Shown: positions 1 through 13,227, counted from the stretch's first letter. The stretch is 64,000 bases of DNA from Eledone cirrhosa (GCA_964016885.1 OZ024742.1:317998001-318062000), one strand, 5' to 3'. Notes: generated from the sequence alone by a model not told the origin. Numbers and translations: made by a program.

Positions 1-286
1 TAATACGACATCATACGTTTTCCGTCGGTTTAGTTTAGTGATTCCAAAAATAGACACTAGGAGACACAACAAGGACACTGGAAGACACAACAAGGACACT
101 AAAAGGCAAGAACGTGGTCACAGACATAAGAAGGTGACGGAGCAAAGAGGAAAATACCTTTCGTTATTCAATAAATACTTGAACTTCATTTTTTAACTGT
201 TAAAATTTAAAATACAATGTATATGTTTTTATCAACTTTACAGTGAGAGACGCTATTGAAATATATTCCCTAGAAGGGATCGAATA

Positions 287-571
287 CAAGGTCGGATTTA
301 ACGGGAGGGGAAGGGGGCAATTACCCCGAGTCCCCTGCAGTGGGGGCCCCACCAGCGATGGCGTAGCAATTTAATTGTGTCCTCAGCTGGGATTTTTAGT
401 TTTAGGATGGTTAGAATTTTTGAATTTAATACTGAATGTATAACTTTTCAATTCCAATTACTTGCACCAAGCTAAATTTGATGTTAAATTGTTTGAGGGG
501 GTGCTGTGTATTCTAATTTTTGTGTAAGAGGGAATCCCCCCTCCCTTCCCCAAGGTCTAGATCCAACCCTG
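287..571. mobile_element. hAT-like MITE
   Basis: Imperfect TIRs CAAGGTCGGATTTA / TAGATCCAACCCTG; degenerate 8-bp TSD atcgaata (279-286) / gtcggata (572-579); non-coding. Confidence 0.55.
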
Positions 572-969
572 GTCGGATAGTCAAAGAAGGTTAGGGAAAC
601 CCTGATCTACAATTTACGCGACAAATAGATCTGATTAAATGTTTAAGGACTTTTCTCGATTTTTTCTTAAATCGTGTACTCTAAACGGAATTCTCAGACA
701 GAATCAATGTAACACAGTGGCAAGACCGGACATTTAAATTATACATACAATTTGTTTGATGAGCTTCCATGCTGCTTCTGTCAACCCAATTTCACTCATA
801 GGTTTGGGTCGACCCTTGTTATTTCACTCTAAGCTGGTCTTGATTGAGCAGACTTAACATTAAAGGCACTCCTTCTGTCACATATGACTCAAGGGAACCT
901 TTAGGTGGTCCTCCAACATGTTTATAAAACTAATGTTTATCGGTGAAAATATCTGTCATTGAAGAAGGG

Positions 970-1265
970 TCCTTAACTCCTGCTCCTGTTGGCATGTCAT
1001 AGGCGTGTCTTGGGCATATCAAACCTGGCAGGGCCCATACCTTCAGATTTCTTCCGGAGAAAGAGAGAGAAAATACGAGAGGGTGTGAGAAAGAGAGAAT
1101 AGAAGAAGAGTCGACCCCGCTATTAAACTGATACTTTATTGACCTCGAAAGAATAAAACGTAAAGTTGACCTCGGTGGGATTTGAACACAGGGCGCAGAA
1201 AACCGGAACGAATACTGCTAATCATTATATATGACGTCCTAACGACTTTACCAATTTGCCGCTTA
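970..1265 (-). mobile_element. tRNA-derived SINE (Nin/Deu-type core) with extended 3' tail
   Basis: Reverse complement of the recurrent GTTCAAATCC..GAGGTCAACTTT..TTTCATCC..GGGGTCGATAAA motif; tail shared with 20055-20290 and 22060-22403. Confidence 0.65.
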
Positions 1266-1570
1266 CGAATATACTCCACTTAATGAAAATTATGTGGAGT
1301 ATATTCACTTTATGGTGAAGGGATTTTGCAGTTTCTTTCTACTAAATTTCCCTGATAAAGTATTTGTCACACTTCTAAATGCTACGCAGCGGGTTTGGAC
1401 TCGAATGCGTTTGAGTCATTGAACAGGAACCAACCTGTTGCACTGTCATCAAAAGTATAATCGATTATATCAACTTAAGTACTTATTTTATCAACCTTTA
1501 TTTGTCAGACCACCGGGTTAAGGGTAATATAAAAACTGGCTTATAGCGGTGTCAAATGTAAACACACACA

Positions 1571-1603
<33 letters not shown>

Positions 1604-1639
1604 TAACGTACATCTTATTACTCTTTACTTTCTATTTAT

Positions 1640-1795
1640 CTTCAATTTCTAACTCTATCTTTTGATAAAGGACTAGTGTCCGAAATGTTAAGACTCTCTT
1701 CCTGTTATTTCAAGCGTTAAACTAATATATTTCTTCCGTGTACTGTGCCGTTTATTATTCTTGTTATTTCTGTTTACCTTTTACATACGTACAGA
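1640..1795 (+). mobile_element. Short HHR-bearing repeat, family A (degenerate copy)
   Basis: Homologous to 6400-6670 and 21165-21310(-); core reads ttgataa-aggactagtgtcc-gaaatgtt; ends in (TA)n. Confidence 0.6.
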
Positions 1796-1796
1796 C

Positions 1797-1871
<75 letters not shown>

Positions 1872-1874
<3 letters not shown>

Positions 1875-2166
1875 CTTTAAAAAAATTTCGCTCATGTCTA
1901 AATACAATAAATGTAATCTGAGTTTTTCGAATGTTAAAAATAACATTCGATTCGTTTGCAATTATACAAACAAGCCTCATTTTTACAGCTATGTCAGGTG
2001 AACAGTGAGCTGTACTGATGAAGGGTGATACCCAGAAACATTAGTGTCTGCAGGTCTGTTTACATGCCAAAACAAGAGCAAGAATGAAGGGTTCGTTCTA
2101 CGGACATGGTTATAAAAATTAGGCTTGTTTGTATAATTGCAAACGACGAATAATAACTCAGATTAC

Positions 2167-2170
<4 letters not shown>
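1872..2170 (+). mobile_element. Fold-back HHR element, family B, inside (TA)n
   Basis: Inverted ends (aaatgtaatctgagt / actcagattacattt; tttgcaattatacaaacaagcct / aggcttgtttgtataattgcaaa); (TA)n on both sides; homologous to 45683-47230. Confidence 0.75.
2000..2061 (+). ncRNA. Type I hammerhead ribozyme (family B)
   Basis: Stem I ctgta/tgcag extended by aacag/ctgtt; CTGATGA 2015-2021; stem II gggt-gat-accc; GAAAC-attagt-GTC cleavage triplet 2046-2048. Confidence 0.85.
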
Positions 2171-2237
<67 letters not shown>

Positions 2238-2433
2238 TTGAGCAAATTTCACTCACAACTTATTGATCAATTGATCAACCTGAGACACTCAATAACGTTG
2301 CACAGAACTGGAAACCATGCGGTTTGCGGATGAGGTTTCTTAACCAAGCACCCACGCCTGGGAAATTTGGAAGAAAATACACCAAGTTTGACAAGTGAAC
2401 CAATTTCAAACTGAACTAATCAGAGAAAGAGGA

Positions 2434-2532
<99 letters not shown>

Positions 2533-3185
2533 GTCTTCAATTATTTCATTAGAGGAAAATATATACTTTTATGGAATTTGTGTCACTGTGGGCGAAAATC
2601 TGTGATTTCTAACTTCACTATCCATTATCTAGAAATACTGATGTGATTGGCAGTAATTAGCTGGCGTCAACCAGAGGAGGTGAGTGCTGGTAATTGAGTA
2701 CATTTAATTGCTCAGAATTTCATTAACCTCTAATCTAGATTGTTAACGAAGCGAAATCTGGTTAAAAACCAATCAATAACACTACAAACAGAATTTAATC
2801 GATTATATTTTTCATTTATTCTCACGTCAGTGGTTTCGAAACCAATACAGTGCTTCGTCGAACTACGAGTGAGCCAACGAAGAAAATCATACGTGCTCTT
2901 TCGATGTGCTATAAACAGCAGTCAAATGCTTCCTCAAATCCGACCCTACCGTTTGTAATAATGACAAAGGGTTCGTTGGATAATATGGTCTATCTGCATG
3001 CTAGAAATAGAAGTCAAATCCCTCTCAAATAATACCCTGCCTTCTTTAGTAAAGGGAAAAACTCATTGGATCATTATGTAGGTAAGTATTACACAGAAGT
3101 GGAATATCAACCATAATAATACGCCATGTGTGTTTGTATATATATAGGCGTGCGCTCGCGTGTGTGTGTGTGTGTGTGTGCGTGC

Positions 3186-3217
<32 letters not shown>

Positions 3218-3220
<3 letters not shown>

Positions 3221-3330
3221 GGCGCGTTGCTTGGTGGTTAGGGCACTGGATTCACAATCGTGAGGTTGTAAGTTCGATTCCAGGACCTGGCGATCCTTGA
3301 GCAAGAGACTTTATTTCACGTTGCAAGATA
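3218..3330 (+). mobile_element. CORE-type tRNA SINE (5' part)
   Basis: tRNA-like head with B box GTTCGATTCC followed by CCTTGAGCAAG..ACTTTATTTCACGTTGC core. Confidence 0.65.
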
Positions 3331-3819
3331 TATCACCCTTAGACAACATCAGTGGTATGGAGAAAGGCGACTGGCATGGATGGGTGACTACTAGTCTTCC
3401 ACAAACAACCTTGCCTGGACATATGCCTCAGAAGGAAAACTTTCTAAGTGCAAATCCCATGATTTCGTGACCGAAATTCGCTTTCCATCCATGAGGTCCT
3501 GGGGTTCTAGACCTACATTTGTCCCTGCAATTAGTTATTTCTCCAAAGTTATATTTAATCATATATGTCATTTGTACATATATGCTGAACATATATGTAA
3601 GTATGTCCTAGAAATAAAATATGAAAATATTCTGATCGTTAATCACTTCAACCTGTCATAATCCACATAAACTATAGGGTTTCTCTTCTGCAAACCATTA
3701 ATTTATCAAAACGTAAATTTCCCAGTTAACATGATTGTTCGTATATCCAGTAAATCGACTTTTCCCTCCCCTTCAAATTGCTGGCCTTATGTCAAAGTAA
3801 AAAGAATTATTACCTAATT

Positions 3820-4280
3820 TAAGGGCGAAAGATTGTCAATATCGGTAGAGCGTCGAGCATGTTTTGCGGCATTGACTTACGTCCCTTTACGTTCTAAGTT
3901 CAAATCGTGCTGAGGTTAGCTTTGCCTTTCATCCGCACGGGGTCAATGAAATAAGTACCAGTAAAGCACTTCCACCACCACCCCAAAAACATTGTTGGCC
4001 TTGTGCCTAAATCAGAAACCATTATTAAGGGCGGTGGATTGGCAGATTCGGTAGAGCATTGGACAACATGCTTCGCGGCAGAGAGTTACGGCCCTTTACG
4101 TTCTGAGTTCAAATCGTGCCGAGGTTAGCTTTGCATTTCATCCTCACGGGGTCGATGAAATAAATAGCAGTAACGCACTGGGGTCGTTGAAATAGGTACC
4201 AGTAACTCACTAGGGTCGATTTAATCGACTTTCACCTACCCCAAAATTGCTGGCCTTGTGCCTATAGTAGAAACCATTAT
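3820..4280 (+). mobile_element. Tandem Nin/Deu-type tRNA SINEs
   Basis: Two successive units with A box GGCAGATTCGG, B box GTTCAAATC and the TTTCATCC..GGGGTCGATGAAATAA..TACCAG domain. Confidence 0.75.
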
Positions 4281-5436
4281 TACCTCATTTTCTTTGACAT
4301 CTATAATTCAAATTATTTTCCAATTGGTTGTCTCAAGAGAGTTTCATTGTTGTTGTTTTGTTTTTGTTTTGTTTTTATGTTGTTTGCTATCAGCATCTTT
4401 CACGCTGCTCCAATCCACTCAGCTGGAAAAAATGTGTTGAACATGTAATTCAAAGGGTCAACCTTGTCACATATTGTGTCACGTTGAATTTCCTTGGGAA
4501 TTACGTGAAGAGTACACGTGCCATTGGAATGTCCAAGCACTTGCACGTTAATATCATGAGCAGACTGTTCCGTTGAACAACTAGAACACTCATCGTTCTG
4601 CCGACGGAAGTCCAGCACACACTATCAATATCTGGGTAAAGAAAATTGAAGATTTAGCCTAGAACTTATAATTAGTTTTACATTATGAGATTTGCAAAGT
4701 TAAAGCAATTTCATTGGTTGGACAATCCAAGATAACGGAAAATACCTTTTTGTGTTAAATATTTTATTTTATTTTTTGTTTTTTTTGTTTTTCCTTTTTT
4801 CTTGTTGTTTTGTTTGTTTGGTTTTCGTTGTCGTTGTTGTTGCTTGTTTGTTTGTATTTTTGTCTATTTTGTTGAGAAGATAATCGAGAAAGTGGAATTC
4901 AAAAGTTTTTATACCCTGTGGTAATATGTTTGTTCTGTTAAATCTATTTCTGAAAACAGCATTGTCTAAAGGTTATCATCCGGTTATACGTTAATGCGAA
5001 TTGTGGGGTAGTTTCGCAGGAAACTACTGTATGTAAATGCTAAAATAGAGCCTGTTGAAGGTTATAAAAATGTCAACTTTAACATTATTATCAAGATAAT
5101 AAAACCTAACTTTTGTGCGACAACCATTTCCAACAGGAAATCGTAAGTACACAAATGCAAGTAGGCGCCAACATATATTTATACATACATATATACGGTT
5201 AATAGTAAGTTTGATTTGAAACAGCAAGCGTGTTTGAAATTAAAAATTGAAGCTCTCGTCGTATTTATGACTAAAGATATTTTAACCTGATAGTGGGGTT
5301 TAGAACTCTCTAAGAAATGGAAAAAGATGAGTATTGACGTACATACGAATAGACATTTACATAGATGCATATATATATTTATATATACTTATAAATATAT
5401 ATAATAATATACGTAGATGGGTTCATTCTATCCACC

Positions 5437-5503
<67 letters not shown>

Positions 5504-5871
5504 GGAGTGCTGCGTGGTTGCACATGGGTTACATATGAATAAAATTAGTCCTTCATCAGTGATCTTCCAACTTTCATTGGTATTTAATCGCTTTAAAAAT
5601 CATATACCTCAAGTTGGTGCGAGTAATAACTAAATAACTAAGTTATTGAGACAAGTAAAATAGGGTGAAACGAGATAGTTCGGATCTAGCTGTCGAAACG
5701 GTCTCGGAGCTCAGCCATCGGGGTCTTGACTCTTTTCCTATATTCCTATATATTCCTATATATATATATATATATTGAGTATGTGTTGGTTGTTTACCGA
5801 CACCATAGTATGCAGGTTGGAGCACTCAACGAAGTGCGCAGGTTGGTTGGTTTACTCCGGAATAATGTAAA

Positions 5872-6140
5872 ATAATAAATGTAAGTCAACATGTTCGTTT
5901 ATTCAAATTCGCTGCTATACGTATTTCCGTTGAGGACTAACAACACACCCAGGAGCTGGACATATCGATGAATTAACAGGGTAGAACCAATTACAACATC
6001 ATGTTTTCCTGTTTTTTCTGCCTAAATTCTTACTGCCTGATGAGGTCACAGACAATAATGGCTGTCACTGAAATATGTATAGCAGCGAATTTAAATAAAC
6101 GAAGCCAACCTTAACATGTTGACTTACACTTATTATTTCA
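5872..6140 (+). mobile_element. Fold-back HHR element, family C
   Basis: Inverted ends aataaatgtaagtcaacatgtt / aacatgttgacttacacttatt and ttcgctgctatacgtattt / aaatatgtatagcagcgaa. Confidence 0.7.
6033..6085 (+). ncRNA. Hammerhead ribozyme (family C)
   Basis: Stem I ctgc/gcag; CTGATGA 6037-6043; stem II ggtcacag..ctgtcact; GAAA-tatgta-TA (tacgta palindrome in the inverted arm); AUA cleavage site. Confidence 0.75.
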
Positions 6141-6144
6141 TATA

Positions 6145-6318
6145 TATCGGTAGAGGGTCGGACGCCATGCTTTGAAGCATAGAGTTACACCTCCCTGTAT
6201 GACCTGAGTTCAAATCCCGCCGAGGTTAACTTTGCCTTTCATCCTTACGTGGTCGATAAAATAAAGTACCAGTAATGCACTGGATAATTGATGGCCTTGT
6301 GCCAAAAGTAGAAACAAT

Positions 6319-6322
<4 letters not shown>
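6145..6322 (+). mobile_element. Nin/Deu-type tRNA SINE
   Basis: B box GTTCAAATCCC followed by GCCTTTCATCCTTACGTGGTCGATAAAATAAAGTACCAG. Confidence 0.8.
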
Positions 6323-6378
<56 letters not shown>

Positions 6379-6464
6379 GAGCATGAGTGAACCTGTTATT
6401 TTTCTTTAAAAACATGTTTCTTCGCCTTACCCGTCCCTTCAATCTTTCTAATTTCTCTTTCTTT

Positions 6465-6498
6465 CTTCTGATGAAGGACTAACGTCCGAAACGTTAAG
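6465..6498 (+). ncRNA. Minimal PLE-type hammerhead ribozyme (family A)
   Basis: ctt-CTGATGA-a-ggac-taac-gtcc-GAAACGTT-aag; stem III reduced to the ACGT palindrome, as in Penelope minimal HHRs. Confidence 0.8.
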
Positions 6499-6696
6499 GC
6501 CCTCTTCCTGCTATTTCAAGCGTTAAACTAAACTAATATAGTGAAAGCAACTGGTGCGTGTGTTTCTTATTGGCAACATGACCCTCCCAAAGTATAACAA
6601 TAAACTAATATATTTAATTCATATACTGTACCGATTGTGTTGTTATTTCTGTTTACCTTTTACATATATTTTTTTTTCTTGATCTCTCTGCCTAAC

Positions 6697-6900
6697 TGTC
6701 TGTCTATCTCATTACTTATATATCTGCCTGTCTGTCTATCTCACTACTTATATATCTGCCTGTCTGTCTATCTCACTACTTATATATCTGCCTGTCTGTC
6801 TATCTCACTACTTATATATCTGCCTGTCTGTCTATCTCACTACTTATATATCTGCCTGTCTGTCTATCTCACTACTTATATATCTGCCTGTCTGTCTATC
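6697..6900. repeat. Minisatellite, 32-bp unit, about 6 copies
   Basis: Tandem ctgtctgtctatctcactacttatatatctgc. Confidence 0.9.
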
Positions 6901-7469
6901 GATCTATATGTTTGTCTATCTGTCTATCTCTTTATATGCCTACCTAACTGTCTATCTGTCTACCTACGTATCTATATCTGCCTGTCTATCTCTTTATCTA
7001 TCAATCTATTTATATATCTATCAACTAATCTTTCTATTTATCTATCATTCTAACTAACTATCTATTTATCTACCACATAAATAAATAAAGAAATATATCT
7101 ATTTATCTACCACCTATTTATCAATCTAACTCACTGTTTATCTGTCTACCTACCTATTTACCTGTCTATCGATCTAACTGCCTGCCTATAGCTACCAGTT
7201 TATGTATAACAACAACAAAGCACGTATTCCAATAGCAGTCCGAAAATAGATAGATACATAGATAGAATGAAGTCATTGTAAATTAATAGATGTATGTTTG
7301 TTAACGGTTACAGAAAATTATTGTAATTGGTTTCAATGAGCGTAAAATAAAATAACTGCGATAGCTTGAGTAACGAGAGGGATATCGAGAATTCAAGCCT
7401 CCTTGCATAGAATGTTGTAATGAAGGAATCATTAAATTAAAATAAGCCTGCGCAAAGCTCTCTACATGT

Positions 7470-8203
7470 GAGTTGAGTTTCTCTGAAGTAGGTGGGGAAG
7501 TTCAAGTATCTCGGAGTCGTTTTCACGAGTGATGGAAGTCAGGAGGTTGAATTAAGTGCAGGAATTGCAGGAGATGGTACAGCAATGCTCCATCTTCAAC
7601 ATTCAATGATCAAAAGAAGGGAGGTAGGTGTAAAAGCTAAACTCGCTATCTTCAATTCGGTATTCATACCAACCCTGACCTATGGTCATGACCGAAAGAA
7701 TACGATCGCGAATACAAACGGCTGAAATGGGGTTCCTCCGAAAGGTCTTTGGAGTAACATTACTCGATAGAGTGTGTAGTTCGGAGATCAGAGAGTCACT
7801 CCAGGGGCTACTTCTCGGAACTGAGAGATCATAGCTCCCATATTACGAGCATGCGGCTAGAATGGAAAGAATTGCTGTACCGATTTTACGAGCAAAACCA
7901 ACCGGTAGGAGACCCAGGAGTAGACCCCGAGCAAAATGATTGGATAACCTCTATGAGCTTTGTTAGTCATACTTGAGGATCCAACCAGATCAATTGGAGA
8001 TGGTTGCTTCTGACAGGACTCACTTGAAGAAGTGTTTGAAGACTCTTCCTCCACGACCCTCTCAGGTAGAAGAAGAAGAAGAAGAAGAAGAAGAAGAAGA
8101 AGAAGAAGAAGAAGAAGAAGAAGAAGAAGAAGAAGAAGAAGAAGAAGAAGAAGAAGAAGAAGAAGAAGAAGAAGAAGAAGAAGAAGAAGAAGAAGAAGAA
8201 GAA
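7470..8203 (+). mobile_element. RTE-clade LINE, 5'-truncated, (GAA)n tail
   Basis: FKYLGVVFTSDG..IFNSVFIPTLTYGH (RT thumb), RP.GRP motif, long (GAA)n at about 8068-8203. Confidence 0.85.
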
Positions 8204-8789
8204 CCCCATCATGATACTAGTATGCAATAAATATCATGGGTGTAAAGAATACATCCTGTTTATAAATAGTGAATGACACATGTAATAGATAGGAATATAG
8301 AAAATACACGTTTGATATTTCTTCATAAATTTCTTTGAGCTGAGGTTTGCTTTATTTGTTCAAATCCCATTGAGGTGAACTGTGCCTTTCATCGTTGTGA
8401 AGATTGATAAATAAAATAGAGGAATTAATTGGCAGAATTGTTAAAGCGTTGAACGAGATGCTTTATCTGTTCCGGTTCAGTATGTTCTGAGATCAAATCC
8501 CTCTTCTGCTGAGAGCTGCAATCGATAAATAATATCAGCAATGGAAAGACCAATGGAAACATAATTTCCTTGGTTCAATCTGACTATCGTCTTATTTCTT
8601 TTCCTTTAATTTCTAATCAAATTGCTTTCATTGAAACACCAGCGCTCTTTGATTCAAAACTTTATAAGATGCTTTATTCTTCTATTTAACTGACTATTTG
8701 ACTGTATATACGAATGCCAAGCTCAAATGTATGCTTCGGGAGAATTAAGGTTGATTAATACACATTCTTCTATTCTACACGAACACACT

Positions 8790-9045
8790 GCCACCAGTAA
8801 TGCACTGGGATAATTGCTGGCCTTGTGCCAAATGTAGAAATAATTATATATAGGGCGGTGGATTGGCAGTATCGGTAGAGTGTAAGACACCATGCTTTGC
8901 AGCACAGAGTTATGGTCCCTTTACGTTTGGAGTTCAAATCCCGCAGAGGTTAGGTTTGTCTTTCATCCTTACGGTGTCGATAAAATAAAGCACCAGTAAT
9001 GCACTGGGGTAATTGCTGGTCTTGTGTCAAAAGCAGAATCAATTA
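8790..9045 (+). mobile_element. Nin/Deu-type tRNA SINE
   Basis: Full head GGGCGGTGGATTGGCAGTATCGG, B box and conserved central domain. Confidence 0.8.
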
Positions 9046-9135
9046 TATATATATATGTGTGTGTGTAAATGAAGTAATTCCGTCGGCAAAGTCCAGGAAA
9101 AAAGAGTGCTCTATGTAGGTAACAGAGCTTAATAG

Positions 9136-9336
9136 TTATGTAATAAACAACATAAGGCAATTATTTCATTTACCAGTGGTTTCTTAAAAGCAAAAAAATT
9201 TTGCTTTCAATCATCAGAATGAAAAAATCATGGTGTCTCAGGATTTTTTCATTCTGATGATTGAAAGCAACATTTTTTTTGCTTTTAAGAAACCACTGGT
9301 AAATGAAATAATTGCCTTATGTTGTTTATTACATAA
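9136..9336. mobile_element. Fold-back palindrome, HHR family D
   Basis: About 94-bp near-perfect inverted arms with a 12-bp spacer. Confidence 0.85.
9247..9308 (+). ncRNA. Hammerhead ribozyme (family D); antisense twin at 9164-9224
   Basis: Stem I tttcatt/aatgaaa; CTGATGA 9254-9260; stem II ttgaaagcaa/ttgcttttaa; GAAAC-cactg-GTA. Confidence 0.88.
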
Positions 9337-9389
9337 ATAAACATGTTTTAACGGTCTATTCTCCGATTTCTTACTTTCCCACGTGCTTA

Positions 9390-9545
9390 CGCTCTGCTAA
9401 CTCTCTCGCCCACTAAATATTAACACTTCGAATATTTAATACTGCCGGCACTAGTATCGAGCACCTTTGACATACGCTACTTGGTAAATAACTATATGTA
9501 TCACCTATCCTCCCCTTTTTTTTTCTCTCTCTCGATACGTAAATA

Positions 9546-9548
<3 letters not shown>
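9390..9548 (+). mobile_element. PLE 3'-end fragment ending in (TA)n
   Basis: Similar to the reverse complement of 47281-47435, which abuts a Naiad-like RT fragment. Confidence 0.55.
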
Positions 9549-9631
<83 letters not shown>

Positions 9632-9874
9632 AATAAATGAAACAAAACAAAACACAAGAAGCAAAATTAGAGTTATATTAGGTTCATGTTAATATATGTG
9701 TGTGTTGAAGACCCATTCGCCGAAACTTGTATTAAATGTATCTGAATGTTATTGATATAAAATAAAATAAATTACCCTTCTTCTTTATCTCTCTATATAA
9801 AGGTATGTCATGAGTCAAAACACATACATGCATACATACATACATATATATATACATATATATATATACATATT

Positions 9875-9927
<53 letters not shown>

Positions 9928-9980
9928 ATATGTATGTATATATATATATATGTATACATGTATATATATATACATATATA

Positions 9981-10112
<132 letters not shown>

Positions 10113-11213
10113 TTATATCACTATAAAACCTAAATAGTGAAATAAAACAATGCGGTAGTGAATATTGTAGAAGTCGTCGTAAATAAATCATAAAGACAAC
10201 CTGAGTTGTGATTGGTTGATAATATTATGCGGTAAGTCACGTGATGGAAAACCTTGTGATATATATTCTCAGTGGTCAGCAAATACTGTCATCAAATTGG
10301 TAGAAAAATTGGTCATCTGGCAATCATTCAATTTGTTGATTAATGAGTTACATTTTCCAGCAACTTTCTCCGTGTTCTTTCTTCATATCTCTGGGTCCCC
10401 TTTACTACCTCCCTTTCTCCTTACACTTTATATTTGTTTTTGTCTCTCTCTCCTCCCATACTCTTGGTTTCATGTCTTCCATATTTTCCTACGCTGAACG
10501 GAAGAACAAAAAGAAATAGTAAATATCTTTCATTTTTTTTTTTTTGTCTTTGTCCTTGCACTTTTTTACTATTTCTTTTCATATCAATTCCCAGCCTACC
10601 TTTGTTGCTTTGAAAATCAAATGTACTTTATAAGGTCTTCAACGTTTGCGTTTCACATTAGTTGGCTTCCATAGTAACATTTTGTAGCAGGTTCGTTGCC
10701 TCTCATGACATGACCCGCAAGTTGAAGACGCCTTATACAGAGGGTATGGTTAATGGGCGGGAGGTTGCCGTAGAGAATTGTGTTTCTAACACAACTAATT
10801 TAGTGGCAGCGTCAGACGCCATTCTTTGTAGAATAGAGTTATGGCCCTTTACGTTCTCAGTTCAAATCCAGCCAAGGTTAGCTTTGCCTTTCATCCTTAC
10901 GGAGTCGATTTAATTGACTTTCCCTCCTACCAAATTGCTGGCCTTGTGCCTATAGTAGACATAATTAAATAAATATTACTCTTTGTACCACAACGCAGCG
11001 TATAGTTGAAGGTTTATTTATTATTTATTTAATTCCGTTACTGTCACTTTCTATCCTTCTCTGGCCTGGAGAGGGATAGGCTCTGCCAGGCTTGAGATGC
11101 CCAAGAAACGCCGTATGTCAATACGGTGCCCCAATGACTCCATCGGGAGTTACGGGACCATACCATACTATTTCTGTATTTATTTACTTACCTGGTTTTT
11201 ATTTTTTCTTCAG

Positions 11214-12109
11214 GTGAAACCAACGTGACAGTTACCTTGGAAACGACGGTGGCATCATATATGGTCAATGATTCCGATGCTCTTCAATTGGACTTTCTAA
11301 ATGAATGTTACATCATGCTGAAATCGGTGAAACCGATCCAAGTGATGTATATCACAAATGTAAGTTCGTATGACCAACAGACTATGTACAAGAACGACTT
11401 CATCTTGCCACCATTAGAACAGTACATAGGCTACCAGGCTTTTTCACTGAAAAGCCAACACAACGCCAGTTCGTTGGTTGCAGTCAGTCCGTCAACACTC
11501 GGAGACGAACCGTCGTCGCAAGTTTTACTTGACTATTATACCAACGAAACGGCCACTCACGTCTACAAATTGACTCAGGAGAATGTAACGGTTACACGAG
11601 TTGGCAATCTTCAAGGCACCTATCATTCGATCTTAGATATCAAAATCAACACTTCTTATGGAATGCTTTACGACGCCGACCGAAGCAGCTTCAGCGTGCT
11701 AGGAATGCGATTGACGACCCTAAATAAACAGTGTCAAACATTAAACATGTCTCGCAATGTGTCAGAAAACGGTAGTAGCGAACAAACGAACTGTAATGAA
11801 CAGATGTTGACCAACGGCAACGAATCTTTGTCGGCTTTCGAGGAATCGGGCCCGTTGTTGTCGTCGCAGTCGGTGTTGGTTAAAAATGAAGACTCCCTTA
11901 AGATGTCGTCGCGGTTCTCAGTGAAAGGAAGTAAAGACGCCCACCATATTGCCGACACGTCTCTCAGTAGCAATATAGTGGCGGTGATTGTCTCCCTTTC
12001 TGTTGCCTTATTTGCCGTTTGTGTGGTGATTGCTTCGTTCGTCTTGATTGAATTGATCACAAGACGAAAGCAGTTACGCAGCACAAAGATCAGACCATTC
12101 GTCTCTTAG
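11214..12109 (+). CDS. Terminal coding exon of a single-pass membrane protein with an IgGFc-binding-protein-like domain
   Basis: Acceptor ttttttcttcag|G at 11213 (phase 1, GETNVTV..); motifs LKSVKPIQV and ILPPLEQY resemble IgGFc_binding; many N-x-S/T sites; TM helix IVAVIVSLSVALFAVCVVIASFVLIELI then RRK; stop TAG. Confidence 0.85.
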
Positions 12110-12739
12110 TAATTCCTTTGCATTAAGAAAAAAAAATAAAATAAACGAAGAGAAATAACTGAATAAATTTCAAAAAGAAAGATAAACAAACAAATAAATA
12201 AACAAACCAATGAATCTAACCATATATAATAGGAACCAGGAAAATAACTCTATGTAATTACGCAGTTTATATATGTAATAGAAGTAAATGTATGAAATAT
12301 ATAAAAATGATGATACAGAGGAGGATGTAGGAGGAAGGGTGAGAAAAGAATGATGACAGTGGCAACGATGGCGACGGCGACGGTGTCGAGGAGAAGAAAG
12401 AGAAGATAGAGTGTAACGGTAGTAATTAGGATTATTATGACGATCATAATGATGTTTGATGATGATGATGATGATGATGACGATGATGATGGTGGTGGTT
12501 GTGATGGTAATGATGATGATGATGGCGGTGGTGGTGGTGGCGGTGGTGGTGGTACTGTTGATCAAATACTGTTTCCGGTTTCATCTATGACAATATAACA
12601 ATAACAATAATGACATCAATTCAATAATAACAACGAGAACAAAGATGGCGGTGACAATGTCTGAAAAACAGAGAAGAAGACGAGAGAGAGAGAGAGGGGG
12701 GAGACAGACGGAGAAAGAGAAAGTTATAAGGAATGAATG

Positions 12740-12770
<31 letters not shown>

Positions 12771-13227
12771 TATCTATATCCAAAATTAAGATAAATCAAA
12801 TGAATTTAATCCAAATCAAAATTATGGGTGTCATGCCAGAAAGACATGCGCCATATCACCCGCAAAATAAGCTCTAAGATTCTAACGAGTAGGTCCGAGC
12901 ATTTTATAATAACTAGAAATTGATTAACATATAAATAAACATGAATAATCACAGGAGATAATTTTTACAAGTGTGTAACCACACATAGCTAGGTAGGTAA
13001 CTAAATAAAGTTGACCAGAACTTCAAAAATAGATACCTTATAATATGAATAATATGAATGATTATTCATGTTTATTTATATGTTAATCAATTTTTAGTTA
13101 TTATATATATACATATATATATATGAATATGTATGTATATGTATGTGTGTATATATATATGTATGTATGTATATATATATATATATATATAGATAGATAG
13201 ATATATATATATATATATGTAGATATG

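Noticed and set aside
6697-6900. 32-bp repeats resembling a CRISPR array
   Set aside because: Contiguous units with no spacers and no cas genes, in eukaryotic context
7967-8230. Poly-E/R/K/F/S ORFs (also 26971-27270 and 30789-31367)
   Set aside because: They come from (GAA)n LINE tails and (TAG)n microsatellites
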